Shown: positions 1 to 13,503 of the stretch, piece after piece
How positions within the stretch are numbered: position 1 is the first letter of the stretch
How the letters are laid out: each line of letters begins with the position of its first letter
NCBI GenBank assembly: GCA_016235085.1
Contig: JACRMA010000043.1
Location: 7,327 to 71,326 of the forward strand
Reading direction: 5' to 3'
Source: Candidatus Zixiibacteriota bacterium
Lineage (GTDB): Bacteria; Zixibacteria; MSB-5A5; WJJR01
Length of the DNA stretch: 64,000 nucleotides
Program-made: the position numbers and the translations under genes
Notes under the pieces: generated by a model
Seen by the model: the letters and a program-made list of their open reading frames with translations, nothing else
Databases searched by the model: none
What the model was told of the DNA's origin: nothing

Positions 1-3000
1 TGTCTTGGCGCGGATCGAATCGAGTACCGGCGGCAGATTGACATTGGTCACCGTTATCGCGACAACTTCCGAATCAGACAGCGAGCCGTCCGTCGTGATG
101 AACGTGACGTTGAAGACTCCCGACTGGGTGAAGTCCGGATTGAACACGAACGACCCGGCGCCATTGAGGGAATCGACGAAAGTCGCATTGGGCGGAACAC
201 CGACTGCGATCAAGGATGGGATCGTTCCGTCCGGATCGGTGGCATGAGTGCGGAACGAAAGCGTCGAACCTTCCGCCACCGACTTCGCGCGGATCGAATC
301 GAGCACCGGCGGCAAGTTGGTGTTCGAAACCGTGATGACAACCAATTCCGAATCGGCCAGGGTGCCGTCGCTGGTGATGAACGTGACATTGTAGCTACCG
401 GACTGGTTGAAGCCTGGATTGAACACGAACGATCCGGCGCCATTCAGCGAATCGACAAACGTCGCGTTCAACGGCACGCCAAGCGCCGACAGGGTCGGGA
501 TGTTGCCATCCGGATCGCTGGCATGTGTGCGGAATGTAAGATTCCCGTTCTCCGCAACCGATTTCGGTCCGATCGGATCGAGGAGAGGCGCGCGGTTCGT
601 ATTGGTGACGGTGATCGTCACGACTTAGGAGTCGGCCAGCGAGCCGTCGCTGGGGATAAAGGTTACGTTAAAGACACCGGCTTGAGAGAAGTCGGGATTG
701 AACACGAACGATCCGGCACCGTTCAGCGAATCAACAAACGTTGCGTTCACCGGCACACCGAGGGCTGTCAATGTCGGGATGGCCCCGTCCGGATCTGAGG
801 CGTGGGTCCGGAACGTCAGGTTCGCATTCTCCGCTACCGTCTTGGCATGGATCGAATCCAGCACCGGCGCGCGGTTCGTGTTCGTGACGGTAATGACGAC
901 GAGCTCAGAATCCGCGAGCGTGCCATCACTGGTAACGAAGGTCACGTTATAGACGCCGGCCTGCGTGAAGTCGGGGTTGAAGACGAAAGAGCCCGCCCCA
1001 TTCAGGGAATCCACAAAGGCGGAGTTGAGCGGGGCGCCGGCCACAGCCAATGTCGGGATGGTCCCATCTGGATCGGTCGCATGCGTGCGGAAGGTCAGAT
1101 TCGCATTCTCAGCCACGGTCTTGGCGCGAATCGAATCGAGCACCGGCGGCAGGTTCGTATTCGTCACCGTGATCGTCACAACCTCGGAATCGGCGAGCGA
1201 TCCGTCACTGGCAATGAACGTAACGCTAAAGACACCCGATTGCGTGTAATCCGGATTGAACACGAGCGATCCGGCGCCGTTCAGCGAGTCAACGAAGGTT
1301 GCATTGAGCGGCACACCGACCGCGCTCAGAGACGGGATCGTCCCGTCCGGATCGGTGGCGTGAGTGCGGAAGGTCAGATTGGCGCCCTCGGCCACCGTCT
1401 TCGCACGAATCGAATCGAGCACCGGCGACAAGTTCGTGTTCGATACCGTGATGACGACCACTTCCGAGTCGGCCAGTGACCCGTCCGTTGTGATGAACGT
1501 GACGGGATAAGTGCCGGATTGCGAGAAGGCGGGATTGAACGTGAATGATCCTGCGCCATTGAGCGAATCCACGAACGTCGCATTGAGAGGCACACCGAGA
1601 GCGGCAAATGACGGGACCGTACCATCGGGATCGCTGCCATGCGTGCGGAAGACCAGCGTTCCGCCCTCGAGGACCGATTTGGCACCGATGGGATCGAGGA
1701 CCGGCGGACGGTTCGTGTTCGTCACCGTGATCGTGACGAGTTCTGAGTCGGCCAATGTTCCATCACTCGCGATGAAGGTCACGTTGTATACACCCGATTG
1801 CGAGAAATCGGGATTGAACACGAATGAACCTGCACCGTTCAGCGAATCCACGAATGTCGCGTTCAACGGCACGCCGACGGCGGTCAGTGTCGGAGTCGTT
1901 CCATCCGGATCTGTCGCCTGGGTCCGGAAGGTGAGATTCGCATTCTCCGCCACTGATTGCGCCCGGATCGAATCCAACACCGGCGCCCGGTCGGTATTCG
2001 TGACCGTGATGGTGACAAGTTCGGAATCCGCCAGGGTACCGTCGCTGGCGATGAAAGTCACATTATAGACACCCGTCTGCGTAAAGTCGGGGTTGAAGCT
2101 AAATGATCCGGCTCCGTTCAACGAATCCACAAACGTTGCATTCACCGGTACACCGAGCGCCGTCAGTGTCGGGATGGCTCCGTCCGGATCGGAGGCGTGG
2201 GTACGGAACGTCAGGTTCACGTTTTCGGCAACGGTCCTGGCGCGGATCGAATCGAGCACCGGCGGACGATTAACATTGGTGACGGTGATGACCACGATCT
2301 CGGAGTCGGCGAGGATGCCATCGCTGGCAATGAACGTCACATTAAAGACGCCAGCCTGAGTGAAGTCCGGATTGAACACGAGCGAGCCCGAACCATTCAG
2401 CGAGTCAACAAAAGTCGCATGCAACGGCACGCCCACGGCAGAAAGATTGGGGATATTGCCGTCGGGATCGGTCGCATGGGTGCGGAACGACAGATTCGCG
2501 TTTTCGGCCACCGTCCTGGCGCGGATCGAATCGAGCACCGGCGGCAGATTGGTGTTGGTGACCGTGATGACCACCAGCTCAGAATCTGCCAGTGAGCCGT
2601 CACTCGAAATGAACGTGACGTTATAGCTGCCGGCCTGCGTGTAGCTCGGATTGAACGTAAACGAACCGGCGCCATTGCCGGAATCTACGAAGACGGCATT
2701 CAATGGGAGATTGACAGCCGTGAGCGATGGTATGGTCGCATCCGGGTCGGTGGCATGAGCCCGGAACGAAAGTGTCGCGCCCTCGGCCACTGTCTTGGCG
2801 CGAATTGAATCGAGCACCGGTGCCAGGTTCGTGTTCGACACCGTAATCACGACAATTTCCGAGTCGGCCAGTGATCCGTCTGTTGTTATGAACGTGACGG
2901 GATAAGTACCGGATTGCGAGAAGGCGGGATTGAACGTGAATGAGCCGGCCCCATTGAGTGAGTCCACAAACGTCGCATTGAGGGGCACGCCAAGAGCTAC

Positions 3001-6000
3001 GAATGTCGGAATCGTACCGTCGGGATCGCTGCCATGGGTGCGGAAGACCAGCGTTCCCCCCTCGAGGACTGATTTGGCACCGATGGGATCGAGCACCGGC
3101 GGGCGATTCGTGTTCGTCACCGTGATCGTCACGACCTCTGAGTCGGCCAGAGTCCCGTCGCTGGTAATGAACGTGACATTAAAGACTCCCGACTGGGTGA
3201 AACTGGGATTGAAGACGAACGAACCCGCCCCATTCAGCGAATCGACGAAGGTCGCATTGGCCGGCACGCCGAGCGCCGTCAGCGTCGGAATCGTGCCGTC
3301 CGGATCGGTCGCATGGGTGCGGAACGTTAAGTTCGTGTTTTCCGCCACCGTCTGCGCGCGGATCGAATCGAGCACCGGCGCGCGGTTTGTGTTCGTGACC
3401 GTAATGACGACGAGCTCAGAATCGGCCAATGTGCCATCACTGGTGATGAAGGTCACGTTATAGACGCCGGCCTGCGTGAAGTCGGGGTTGAGGACGAAAG
3501 AGCCCGCCCCATTCAGCGAATCCACAAAGGTGGAGTTGAGCGGGGCGCCGACCACGGCCAACGTCGGGATGGTCCCATCTGGATCGGTCGCATGAGCCCG
3601 GAAGGTCAAATTCGCGTTTTCGGCAACGGTCTTCGCCCTGATGGAGTCCAACACCGGCGGACGATTCGTGTTCGTCACCGTGATCACAACGACTTCCGAG
3701 TCGGCCAAGGTGCCATCGCTGGTGATAAACGTTACATTAAAGACGCCCGACTGGGTGAAGTCCGGATTGAAGACAAACGAGCCGGCGCCATTCAGCGAGT
3801 CCACAAATGTCGCGTTGAGCGGCACGCCGATAGCGGTCAGGGTTGGGATATTGCCGTCTGGATCGACCGCATGAGTGCGGAACGTCAGATTCGCATTCTC
3901 CGCCACTGATTTCGCCCGGATCGAGTCGAGCACCGGGGCGCGATTCGTATTGGTCACCGTGATGGCGACGACTTCGGAATCGGCCAGGAAACCATCACTG
4001 GTGATGAATGTCACATTAAAGACACCCGACTGGGTGAAGTCTGGATTGAACACGAATGATCCAGCGCCATTCAGAGAATCTACGAACGCCGCGTTGACCG
4101 GCAATCCCACCGCGGACAGTGACGGGGCGTTGCCATCGGGATCGGTTGCGTGAACTCGGACGGAGAGATTCGCGCCCTCCGCGACTGTCTTCGCACGGAT
4201 CGAATCCAGGACTGGCGGCAGGTTCACGTTGGACACCGTGATGACCACGATTTCTGAATCTGCCAATGTGCCGTCGCTGGCTATAAACGTCACGTTGAAA
4301 GTCCCCGACTGCGTGTTGTCGGGCGTAAACGAGAAGGAGCCGGCGCCGTTGGTCGAATCCACGAACGTGGCATGCAGCGGCAGATTGACCGCGGTTAGAC
4401 TCGGGATCGTGGCATCAGGATCCGTGGCATGAGTCCGGAATCGCAGCAGTATCGATTCCTGGACAAACTTCGGTCCGATCGGATCGAGCACCGGACACTG
4501 GTTCCCGGCCTCGAGCACATTGATGCGCACCAGCTCGTTGTCGATCGCACCGGCGGGATCCTCGGCTGCAAACGAAATGAAGTACGTCCCTGATTGAACG
4601 AAACTCGGCTGGAATGTGAACAGGCCGGCACCGTTCCCGGAATCCACAAAGACAGCGTTTTGCGGCAGGAAACTCGTGAATAGCGTGATCAGATCACCAT
4701 CCGCGTCGACTGCGTGCACCCGAATCGAGAGTGTGCCGCCCTCGGTGATGGTCCGCGTCCGGATCGAATCCAAAACCGGGGTCCGATTCGTGTTGGTCAC
4801 CGTGATCGTTACCAACTCCGAATCAGCCAGCGTGCCGTCAGAGGCAATGAAGGTCACATTGAAGACACCAGACTGGTTGAAATCCGGGTTGAAGACAAAG
4901 GACCCAGCGCCGTTACCGGAATCGACCAGTGCTGCATTGGCTGGTACGCCGAGCGCTGTAAAGGCGGGAGCATTGCCGTCAGGATCGGTCGCATGAATCC
5001 GGAAGGTCAGATTCGCATTCTCGGCCACCGTCTTGGCACGAATTGAGTCGAGCACCGGGTCACGGTTCGTGTTGGTCACCGTGATCGCGACCACTTCCGA
5101 GTCCGCCAATGTTCCGTCACTGGCGATAAACGTCACATTGTAGACGCCAGATTGAGCGAAGCTCGGATTGAATACGAATGATCCTGCACCATTCAACGAA
5201 TCGACAAAGGTCGCATTCAGCGGAGCACCGACGGCGGTTAGGGTCGGGATGTTGCCATCCGGATCGGCTGCGTGTGTGCGGAATGTGAGATTCGCGTTCT
5301 CGGCAACGGTCTGAGCGCGGATCGAATCCAGCACTGGCGAACGGTTGGTGTTCGTGACCGTGATCGCGACCACTTCCGAGTCGGCCAGGGTTCCGTCACT
5401 GGTAATGAACGTCACATTGATGACGCCCGATTGCGTGAAGTCGGGATTGAAGACGAACGATCCGGCACCGTTGAGCGAGTCGACGAAGGTTGCGTTGAGA
5501 GGAACTCCCACCGCGGTCAAGGTCGGGATCGTGCCGTCCGGATCAGTCGCATGGGTGCGGAACGTGAGGTTCCCATTCTCCGCTACCGTCTTCGCCCGGA
5601 TCGAGTCGAGCACCGGTGGCAGGTTCACATTCGTCACCGTGATCGCGACGACCTCGGAGTCCGCCAATGTTCCGTCACTGCTGATGAAGGTCACATTGAT
5701 GGCACCCGACTGAGTGTAGTCCGGGTTGAACACGAAGGAACCGGCACCGTTCAGCGAATCGACGAAGGTCGCATTAGTCGGAATGCCGATCGCGGTTAGC
5801 GTCGGGACTGTGCCGTCCGGATCGGTCGCATGCACGCGGAAGGTCAGGTTCGAATTCTCGGCGACGGTCCGCGCGGAAGGTCAGGTTCGAATTCTCGGCG
5901 ACGGTCCGCGCCCGGATCGAATCCAGAACCGGCGGGAGACTTACGTTCGCAACTGTTACCGCCACCACTTCCGAGTCCGCCAGAGTCCCGTCGCTGGAGA

Positions 6001-9000
6001 TGAACGTCACGTTGTAGACGCCCGACTGCGTGAAGTCGGGATTGAAGACGAACGAACCGGCGCCGTTGAGTGAGTCCACGAACGTGGCATTGAGTGGCAC
6101 GCCAATGGCCGTCAAGGTCGGGATTGTGCCGTCCGGGTCAGTTGAATGAGTCCGGAAGGTCAGATTCGCGCCTTCGGCCACGGTCTTGGCTCGGATCGAA
6201 TCGAGCACCGGTGGCAGATTTACGTTCGTGACCGTGATAACCACGACTTCGGAGTCGGCTAGTGATCCGTCACTGGTAACGAACGTCACATTGATGACGC
6301 CCGATTGCGTGAAGTCCGGATTGAACACGAATGACCCGGCGCCATTTAACGAATCGACGAAGGTTGCGTTGGAAGGCACACCTACGGCAGTTAGAGTCGG
6401 GATGTTGCCGTCTGGATCGCTACCGTGGGTACGGAACGTGAGATTCGCACCTTCGGCGACAGTCTTGGCACGGATTGAATCCAGGACCGGTGAGCGATTC
6501 GTGTTCGTCACCGTGATGGTTACAACCTCACTGTCCGCCAACGAGCCGTCACTGGCGATGAACGTCACATTGATATCACCCGACTGTGTGAAGTCGGGAT
6601 TGAACACGAAGGAACCAGCGCCGTTCAGTGAATCGATGAAGGTCGCATTCGGGGGAACACCGATGGCACTGATAGTTGGTATGCTACCGTCTGGATCAGC
6701 GGCATGGGTCCGGATGGTCAGATTCGCATTCTCTGCTACCGACCTGGGACCAATCGCATCGAGAATCGGTGTCCGATTGGTGTTTGTCACCGTGATGACA
6801 ACCACCTCAGTGTCCGCCAGTGATCCATCGCTGGCGATCACGGTCAGATTGATCACGCCTGCCTGCGTGAAATCCGGATTAAACACCAGCGAGCCGGCAC
6901 CATTCAGCGAATCGACGAAGGTCGCGTTAGTCGGAATGCCGATCGCTGTTAGCGTCGGGATCGTGCCGTCCGGATCGGTTGCACGCGTGCGGAACGTGAG
7001 ATTGGCGCCTTCGGCAACTGACTTGGGTCCGATCGAATCCAGCACCGGGACCAGGTTCACATTCGTCACCGTGATCGTGACAACCTCGGAATCAGCAAGA
7101 GTCCCGTCCGTCGCAATAAACGTCACATTGATCACACCCGACTGCGTGTAGTCCGGGTTGAACACCAGTGAACCGGCACCATTCAGCGAATCAAAAAACG
7201 TCGCATTCGGAGGGACACCGAAAGCCGTCAGGGTCGGGATTGTGCCGTCGGCATCGGATGCTTGGGTCCGGAAGGTGAGATTGGCGCCTTCGGCGACAGT
7301 CCTCGCCCGAATTGAATCCAGCACCGGGGATCGATTCGTGTTCGTCACCGTGATGGTGACGACTTCGGAGTCCGCCAATGTGCCGTCAGTAGCAATGAAC
7401 GTCACGTTGATGACACCCGACTGCGTAAAGTCGGGGTTGAACACGAACAAACCCGCACCGTTCAGGGAATCCACGAACGTTGCGTTGATCGGCACGCCAA
7501 TGGCCGTCAGGGTCGGGATTGCGCCGTCCGGATCAGTCGCATTCGTCCGGAAAGTCAGATTGGCGCCCTCGGCGACACTCTTCGCCCGGATCGAGTCGAG
7601 CACCGGCGGCAAGTTTACGTTCGTGACCGTGATCGCCACAACTTCGGAATCCGCCAATGTCCCGTCACTGCTGATGAAGGTCACATTGATGACACCCGAC
7701 TGAGTGAAATCGGGATTGAACACGAATGAACCAGCACCATTCAAAGAGTCTACGAACACCGCATTGGGCGGAACTCCAACGGCGGTCAAGGTCGGGATCG
7801 TGCCGTCCGGATCGGTCGCGTGTGTGCGGAAGGATAGATTCGCGCCCTCAGTGACTGTCTTGGCACGGATCGAGTCGAGGACTGGCAGCAGGTTCACATT
7901 CGTCACGGTGATCGCCACGACCTCAGAGTCGGCCAATGTGCCGTCACTCGTAATGAACGTGACGTTAATCACACCCGACTGCGTGAAGTCGGGATTGAAG
8001 ACCAAGGAACCGGCGCCGTTGAGTGAATCGACGAACGTCGCGTTTGGTGGAACTCCGATCGCTGTTAGCGTCGGGATTGTGCCGTCTGGATCGGTCGCGT
8101 GCGCCCGGAAGGTCAGATTCGCGCCTTCGGCGACAGTCTTGGCACGGATCGAATCCAGCACCGGCGGCAGATTCACGTTCGTGACCGTGATCGCGACAAC
8201 CTCGGAGTCGGCCAATGTGCCGTCACTGGTGATGAACGTGAGATTGAAGACACCAGACTGCGTGAAGTCGGGATTGAAGACCAGGGAACCGGCACCGTTG
8301 AGTGAATCGACGAAAGTTGCATTCGGAGGAACACCAATCGCAGTTAGCGTCGGGACTGTGCCGTCTGGATCGGTCGCGTGCGTACGGAATGTCAGATTCG
8401 TGCCTTCGGCAACGGTTTTGGCCCGGATCGAGTCGAGTGCCGGCGGCAGGTTTACATTCGTCACCGTGATCGTGACGACCTCGGAATCCGCCAACGTCCC
8501 GTCACTGGTGATGAACGTCACATTGATGACACCCGACTGGGTGAAGTCGGGATTGAAGACGAAGGAACCAGCACCGTTGAGCGAATCGACAAATGCCGCA
8601 CTCAAAGGTACTCCGATCGCGGTCAACGTGGGAATTGTGGCGTCTGGATCAGTTGCGTGGGCGCGGAAGGTGAGATTAGCGCCCTCGGCAACGGTCTGCG
8701 CACGGATGGAGTCCAAAACCGGCGCACGGTTCGTGTTGGTCACCGTGATCACGACGACTTCGGAATCCGCCAATGTCCCGTCACTGCTAATGAACGTCAC
8801 ATTGAACACGCCCGCCTGAGTGAAGTCCGGATTGAAGACGAAGGAACCGGCGCCGTTCAGCGAATCGACGAAAGTTGCGTTGAGCGGAGCGCCTAGAACC
8901 GTAAAGGTCGGGACTGTGCCATCCGGATCGGTCGCCTGAGTGCGGAACGTCAAATTCGCATTCTCTGCTACCGTCTGGGCCCGAATCGAATCCAGGACCG

Positions 9001-12000
9001 GGGCACGGTTCGTGTTCGTCACCGTGATCGTGACGAGCTCGGAGTCGGCCAGGGCACCGTCACTGGTGATGAACGTTACATTAATGACACCCGACTGGGT
9101 AAAGTCCGGATTGAACACGAAGGAACCAGCACCGTTCAACGAATCGACGAAAGTCGCGTTGGGCGGTACACCAACCGCGGCCAGGGTCGGGATTGTTCCG
9201 TCCGGATCGGTTGTGTGAATCCGGAAGGTCAGATTCGCATTCTCCGCAACCGTCTTGGCGCGAATCGAATCAAGGACCGGCGGAAGGTTCACATTCGTCA
9301 CCGTAATCGTGACCACCTCAGAATCGGCAAGCGTGCCGTCGCTGGTGATGAAGGTCACGTTAATGCCACCCGCCTGGGTGTAGTCCGGATTGAACACGAA
9401 CGAACCGGCGCCGTTGAGCGAATCGACGAACACTGCATTGGCTGGCACACCCACGGCGGTTAGTGTGGGGATCGTGCTGTCGGGATCCGTCGCGTGTATC
9501 CGGAAAGTAAGATTGGCGCCTTCGGCGACAGTCTTCGCCCGGATCGAATCCAGAACCGGCGGTAGACTCACGTTCGCAACTGTTATCGCCACCACTTCCG
9601 AGTCAGCCAGTGTCCCGTCGCTGGTGATGAACGTCACGTTGTCGACGCCCGACTGCGTGAAGTCCGGATTGAAGACGAATGATCCGGCACCGTTGAGCGA
9701 ATCGACGAACGTAGCATTGAGTGGCAAGCCAATGGCCGTCAGTATCGGGATCGTGCCGTCCGGATCGGTCGCATGGGTGCGGAAGGTCAGATTCGCGCCC
9801 TCGGCCACGGTCTTGGCTCGGATCGAATCGAGCACCGGCGGCAAGTTCACGTTCGTGACTGTGATCGCCACAACTTCCGAGTCAGCCAGGGTTCCGTCGC
9901 TGGTAATGAACGTCACATTGATGACGCCCGACTGCGTGTAGTCGGGATTGAACACGAATGAACCAGCACCATTAAGCGAATCGACGAACACTGAGTTGGG
10001 TGGTGCCCCGACGACCACAAACGTCGGATTCGTGCCGTCCGGGTCAGTCGCATGCGTCCGGAAGGTGAGATTGGCGCCCTCTGCCACAGTCTTCGCCCGG
10101 ATTGAATCCAGGACCGGGGAGCGATTCGTGTTCGTCACGGTAATCGTGACGACTTCACTGTCGGCCAACGATCCGTCGCTGGCGATGAATGTCACGGTTA
10201 CATTGCCGGATTGGGTGTAGTTCGGGTTGAACACGAATGATCCCGCACCGTTCAGCGAATCGACAAAGGTCGCATTAGGGGGAACTCCGACGGCGCTGAG
10301 AGTCGGGACGGTACCATCTGGGTCAGAGGCATGTGTCCGGAACGTCAGGTTGGCATTCTCTGCCACCGTCTTCGCCCGAATTGAGTCGAGGACCGGCGGC
10401 AAGTTCACGTTTGTGACCGTGATCGTCACTAGCTCAGAGTCTGCCAGCGTTCCGTCACTGGTGATGAACGTCACATTAATCACGCCCGACTGCGTGTAGT
10501 CGGGGTTGAACACGAAGGATCCGGCGCCATTCAGCGAATCGACGAACACTGCATTCGGTGGAGCACCCACGGCGGTCAGTGTCGGAATCGTGCCATCCGG
10601 GTCAGTGCCATGCGCCCGGAAGGTCAGATTGGCGCCCTCCGCCACCGTCTTCGCGCGAATCGAATCCAGCACTGGTGAGCGATTCGTGTTCGTCACCGTG
10701 ATGGTCACGACTTCACTGTCCGCCAACGAACCGTCACTGGCGATGAACGTCACATTAATGGCACCCGACTGCGTAAAGTCGGGATTGAACACAAAGGAAC
10801 CAGCACCATTGAGTGAATCAACGAATGTGGCGTTCGCCGGAACGCCGACTGCCGTCAGGGTTGGGATTGTCCCATCGGCATCCGAGGCGTGCGTACGGAA
10901 CGTGAGGTTTGCGTTCTCGGCGACACTCTGCGCACCAATAGCGTCGAGGACAGGTACCCGGTTCGTATTCGTCACCGTAATGGCAACCACTTCGGAATCC
11001 GCGAGCGCTCCATCGCTGGAGATGAAGGTCACATTAATCACGCCCGACTGGGTGAAGTCGGGGTTGAACACGAATGACCCGGCACCGTTGAGCGAATCGA
11101 CGAACACCGCATTCGGTGGAACGCCGACGGCAGTCAATGTTGGAATCGTGCCGTCCGGATCGCTGGCGTGGGTGCGGAACGTCAGATTGGCGTTCTCGGC
11201 CACCGTCTTCGCCCGGATTGAATCCAAAGTCGGCGGCAAGTTCACGTTCGTGACGGTGATCGCCACAACCTCGGAGTCCGCCAGCGTGCCGTCGCTGGCG
11301 ATAAACGTCACATTAATCACGCCCGACTGGCTGTAGTCCGGATTGAACACCAGCGAACCCGCGCCGTTCAGCGAGTCGACAAACGTCGCATTCGGAGGGA
11401 CACCGAGAGCCGTCAGGGTCGGGACTGTGCCGTCGGGATCGGACCGGCGGGCGATCGGTGTTCGTGACCGTAATCGCCACCACCTCGGAATCGGCCAGAA
11501 TGCCATCGCTCGCGATGAAGGTCACGTTGATCACACCCGACTGCGTGAAATCGGGGTTGAAGACCAGAGAACCCGCACCATTGAGTGAATCCACGAACAC
11601 GGCGTTTGGTGGAGCTCCCACGGCCGTCAAAGTCGGGGTTGTCCCGTCTGGATCGGAGGCATGTGTCCGGAACGTCAGGTTGGCGTTCTCGGCGACCGTC
11701 TTCGCCCGGATCGAATCCAGAACCGGCGGCAGATTCACGTTTGTCACCGTGATCGCGACCACTTCCGAATCCGCCAGCGAGCCGTCCGACGTGATGAAGG
11801 TCACGTTGATCACGCCCGACTGCGTGAAGTCGGGGTTGAACACGAACGAACCTGCACCATTCAGCGAATCAACAAACACCGAGTTGGGCGGCGCACCGAC
11901 CACGGTGAAGGTGGGATTGGTGCCATCGGGATCGGTCGCGTGTGTTCGGAAGGTCAGATTCGCACCCTCGGCGACACTCTGCGCGCGGATCGAGTCGAGC

Positions 12001-12325
12001 ACCGGCACCCGATTCGTGTTGGTCACGGTGATGGCGACAACTTCGGAATCCGCCAGCGTTCCATCGCTCGCGATAAACGTGACGTTGATGACTCCGGCCT
12101 GCGTGTAGTCCGGATTGAAGACAAACGAACCGGCTCCATTGAGCGAATCGACGAAGGTCGAATTGAGCGGCGCACCAACGACGGTGAATGTCGGTGTCGT
12201 GCCATCGGCGTCGGTGGCATGCGTGCGGAAGGTGAGATTGGCGCCCTCCGCCACGGCCTGGGCGCGAATAGAGTCGAGAACCGGCGCCTGTCCGCCTGGG
12301 AATTGGATCGCAAACCAGGCAACGT
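1..12325. repeat. Tandem array of near-identical 279-bp coding repeats (~44 units), the body of the giant adhesin gene.
   Basis: Recurring blocks such as ttgaacacgaa.gaaccggc.ccgtt.agcgaatcgacgaa recur with 279-bp periodicity (for example plus-frame ORF starts at 10227 and 10506). Protein-level repeat identity is greater than 80%. Confidence 0.85.
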
Positions 12326-13460
12326 CGGCGGCCGAGCCTGTCCCGTCGCGCGTCACGCCCAGCGCGGTGGTGCTGGTCAAGTTGTGAGTGAAGGCGATTT
12401 CATCAAGACGGGAGGTGGAGGTGCCAGACCCCCCGCGCACATTAATGAGAGTGGCCGTGTTGGCAATTACGACCGGAGTCAGAGTTGCTGATCCGGTGGT
12501 GAGCGTGCTGCCAACCGCTATTGTCCCTGACTGCACGGTGGACGCATCGGTCAACGTCACGACTTCCCAGGCAACGTCCGCCGTGTTGGTTGTGGAGATA
12601 CGATCAAAGGTGAGCTGGGTTGCGGTCGTGATCCGGCCGCGAACGGAATATTGGGCTTCAATCCCATTTGTCGCAGCGGCACCGCGCCCGGACATGACGA
12701 GGAACGACTTGGCCAGATTGACTGATGTAATCGTGGCGGTAGCGGAACTGGCGCCCGAGGCAATCGTTGTCAGCCCGCGCTGGACCGATGCGCCAGTGTA
12801 CGAGACGACCTGCCAGTAGACATCGAGGGCGATCCCCGACTCGTTCCGGGTCAGTGCGAGATTGGTCGAGGTCGTCAATTGCGCGCGCACCGTCCACTGT
12901 TCATCAATCGTGCCACTCGCCGAGTTGGCTGCGACTGAAACCAGGACAAAGCTCTCGGCAAGATTCGCGGAAGTGATCGTCACGTTGACCGTCGTTGCGG
13001 CGGTCGAGAACGCAGCGGTGCCGCGCTGGACCGATACACCGGAAAGGAACTCGACCGCCTCCCAGTTGGCCGCGGTCGTTATCGCCGGAGAACCGAGACG
13101 TTGAAGATTGAGCGTTGTCCCGCTGGCGAGCTGGTAGCCGAAGCGGGTCGAATTGGCATTGGCGCTTGAGTTGCGTCCGCCGCCCCACTGAATCCCGCCC
13201 CAGACGATCGTCTTGGTGGCATCGACCGTGGTCAGAGTTACCGGGAGGGTATTCGCACCGGAAGTGAAAGTCGCGGTGCCGCGCTGAACCGATTTGATGA
13301 CCGCCGCGTGGACGGGATTGGCAGAGACGAGCAGGGCGAGAGCAGCAATCAAGAACAGAGCGCTCGCATTCACTCGGTACCCGGAACAACGCGAACCGCT
13401 GCGGAACGAAGATAGTCCCACAGTGGCCGTCGCCGCTTTCCTGATCGCCGGGGCGCGCAT
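1..13460 (-). CDS. Giant secreted tandem-repeat adhesin, 5' portion (N-terminal signal peptide at 13460; 3' end lies beyond the window start). Three ~100-aa 'VQRG' N-terminal repeats are followed by ~44 cadherin-like/He_PIG Ig-like 93-aa repeats. The reading frame is disrupted (see findings).
   Basis: Minus-strand ORFs 11313..13460, 5774..11506 and 625..5835 are contiguous pieces of one repeat-coding frame. N-terminus MRAPAIRK...ALFLIAALALLVSANPVHA is a signal peptide. The repeat unit ...PVLDSIRAKTVAENANLTFRTHATDPDGTIPTLTAVGVPLNATFVDSLNGAGSFVFNPDFTQSGV.NVTFI.SDGTLADSEVV.ITVTN.N... matches the He_PIG/dystroglycan-type cadherin-like pattern. Plus-strand ORFs in this span are antisense frames of the same repeat. 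Confidence 0.7.
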
Positions 13461-13503
13461 AGTTTGAATTGGCTCTGCGGGTTTCCCCGCAGAGCGTATT
13501 TCG

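Noticed and set aside
6186-8819. Several long plus-strand ORFs (e.g. 6186..7151, 7704..8819, 10506..11336) within the first 13 kb
   Set aside because: They are antisense reading frames of the 279-bp tandem repeat (each starts MNT(N/K)(D/E)PAPFSEST...) and simply echo the minus-strand adhesin periodicity. The minus frame carries the signal peptide and the He_PIG-like motifs.
1-12325. Possibility that the regular repeats form a CRISPR array
   Set aside because: The units are 279 bp, contiguous with no spacers, and encode a continuous open reading frame with protein-domain periodicity. This is a coding tandem repeat, not a CRISPR array.
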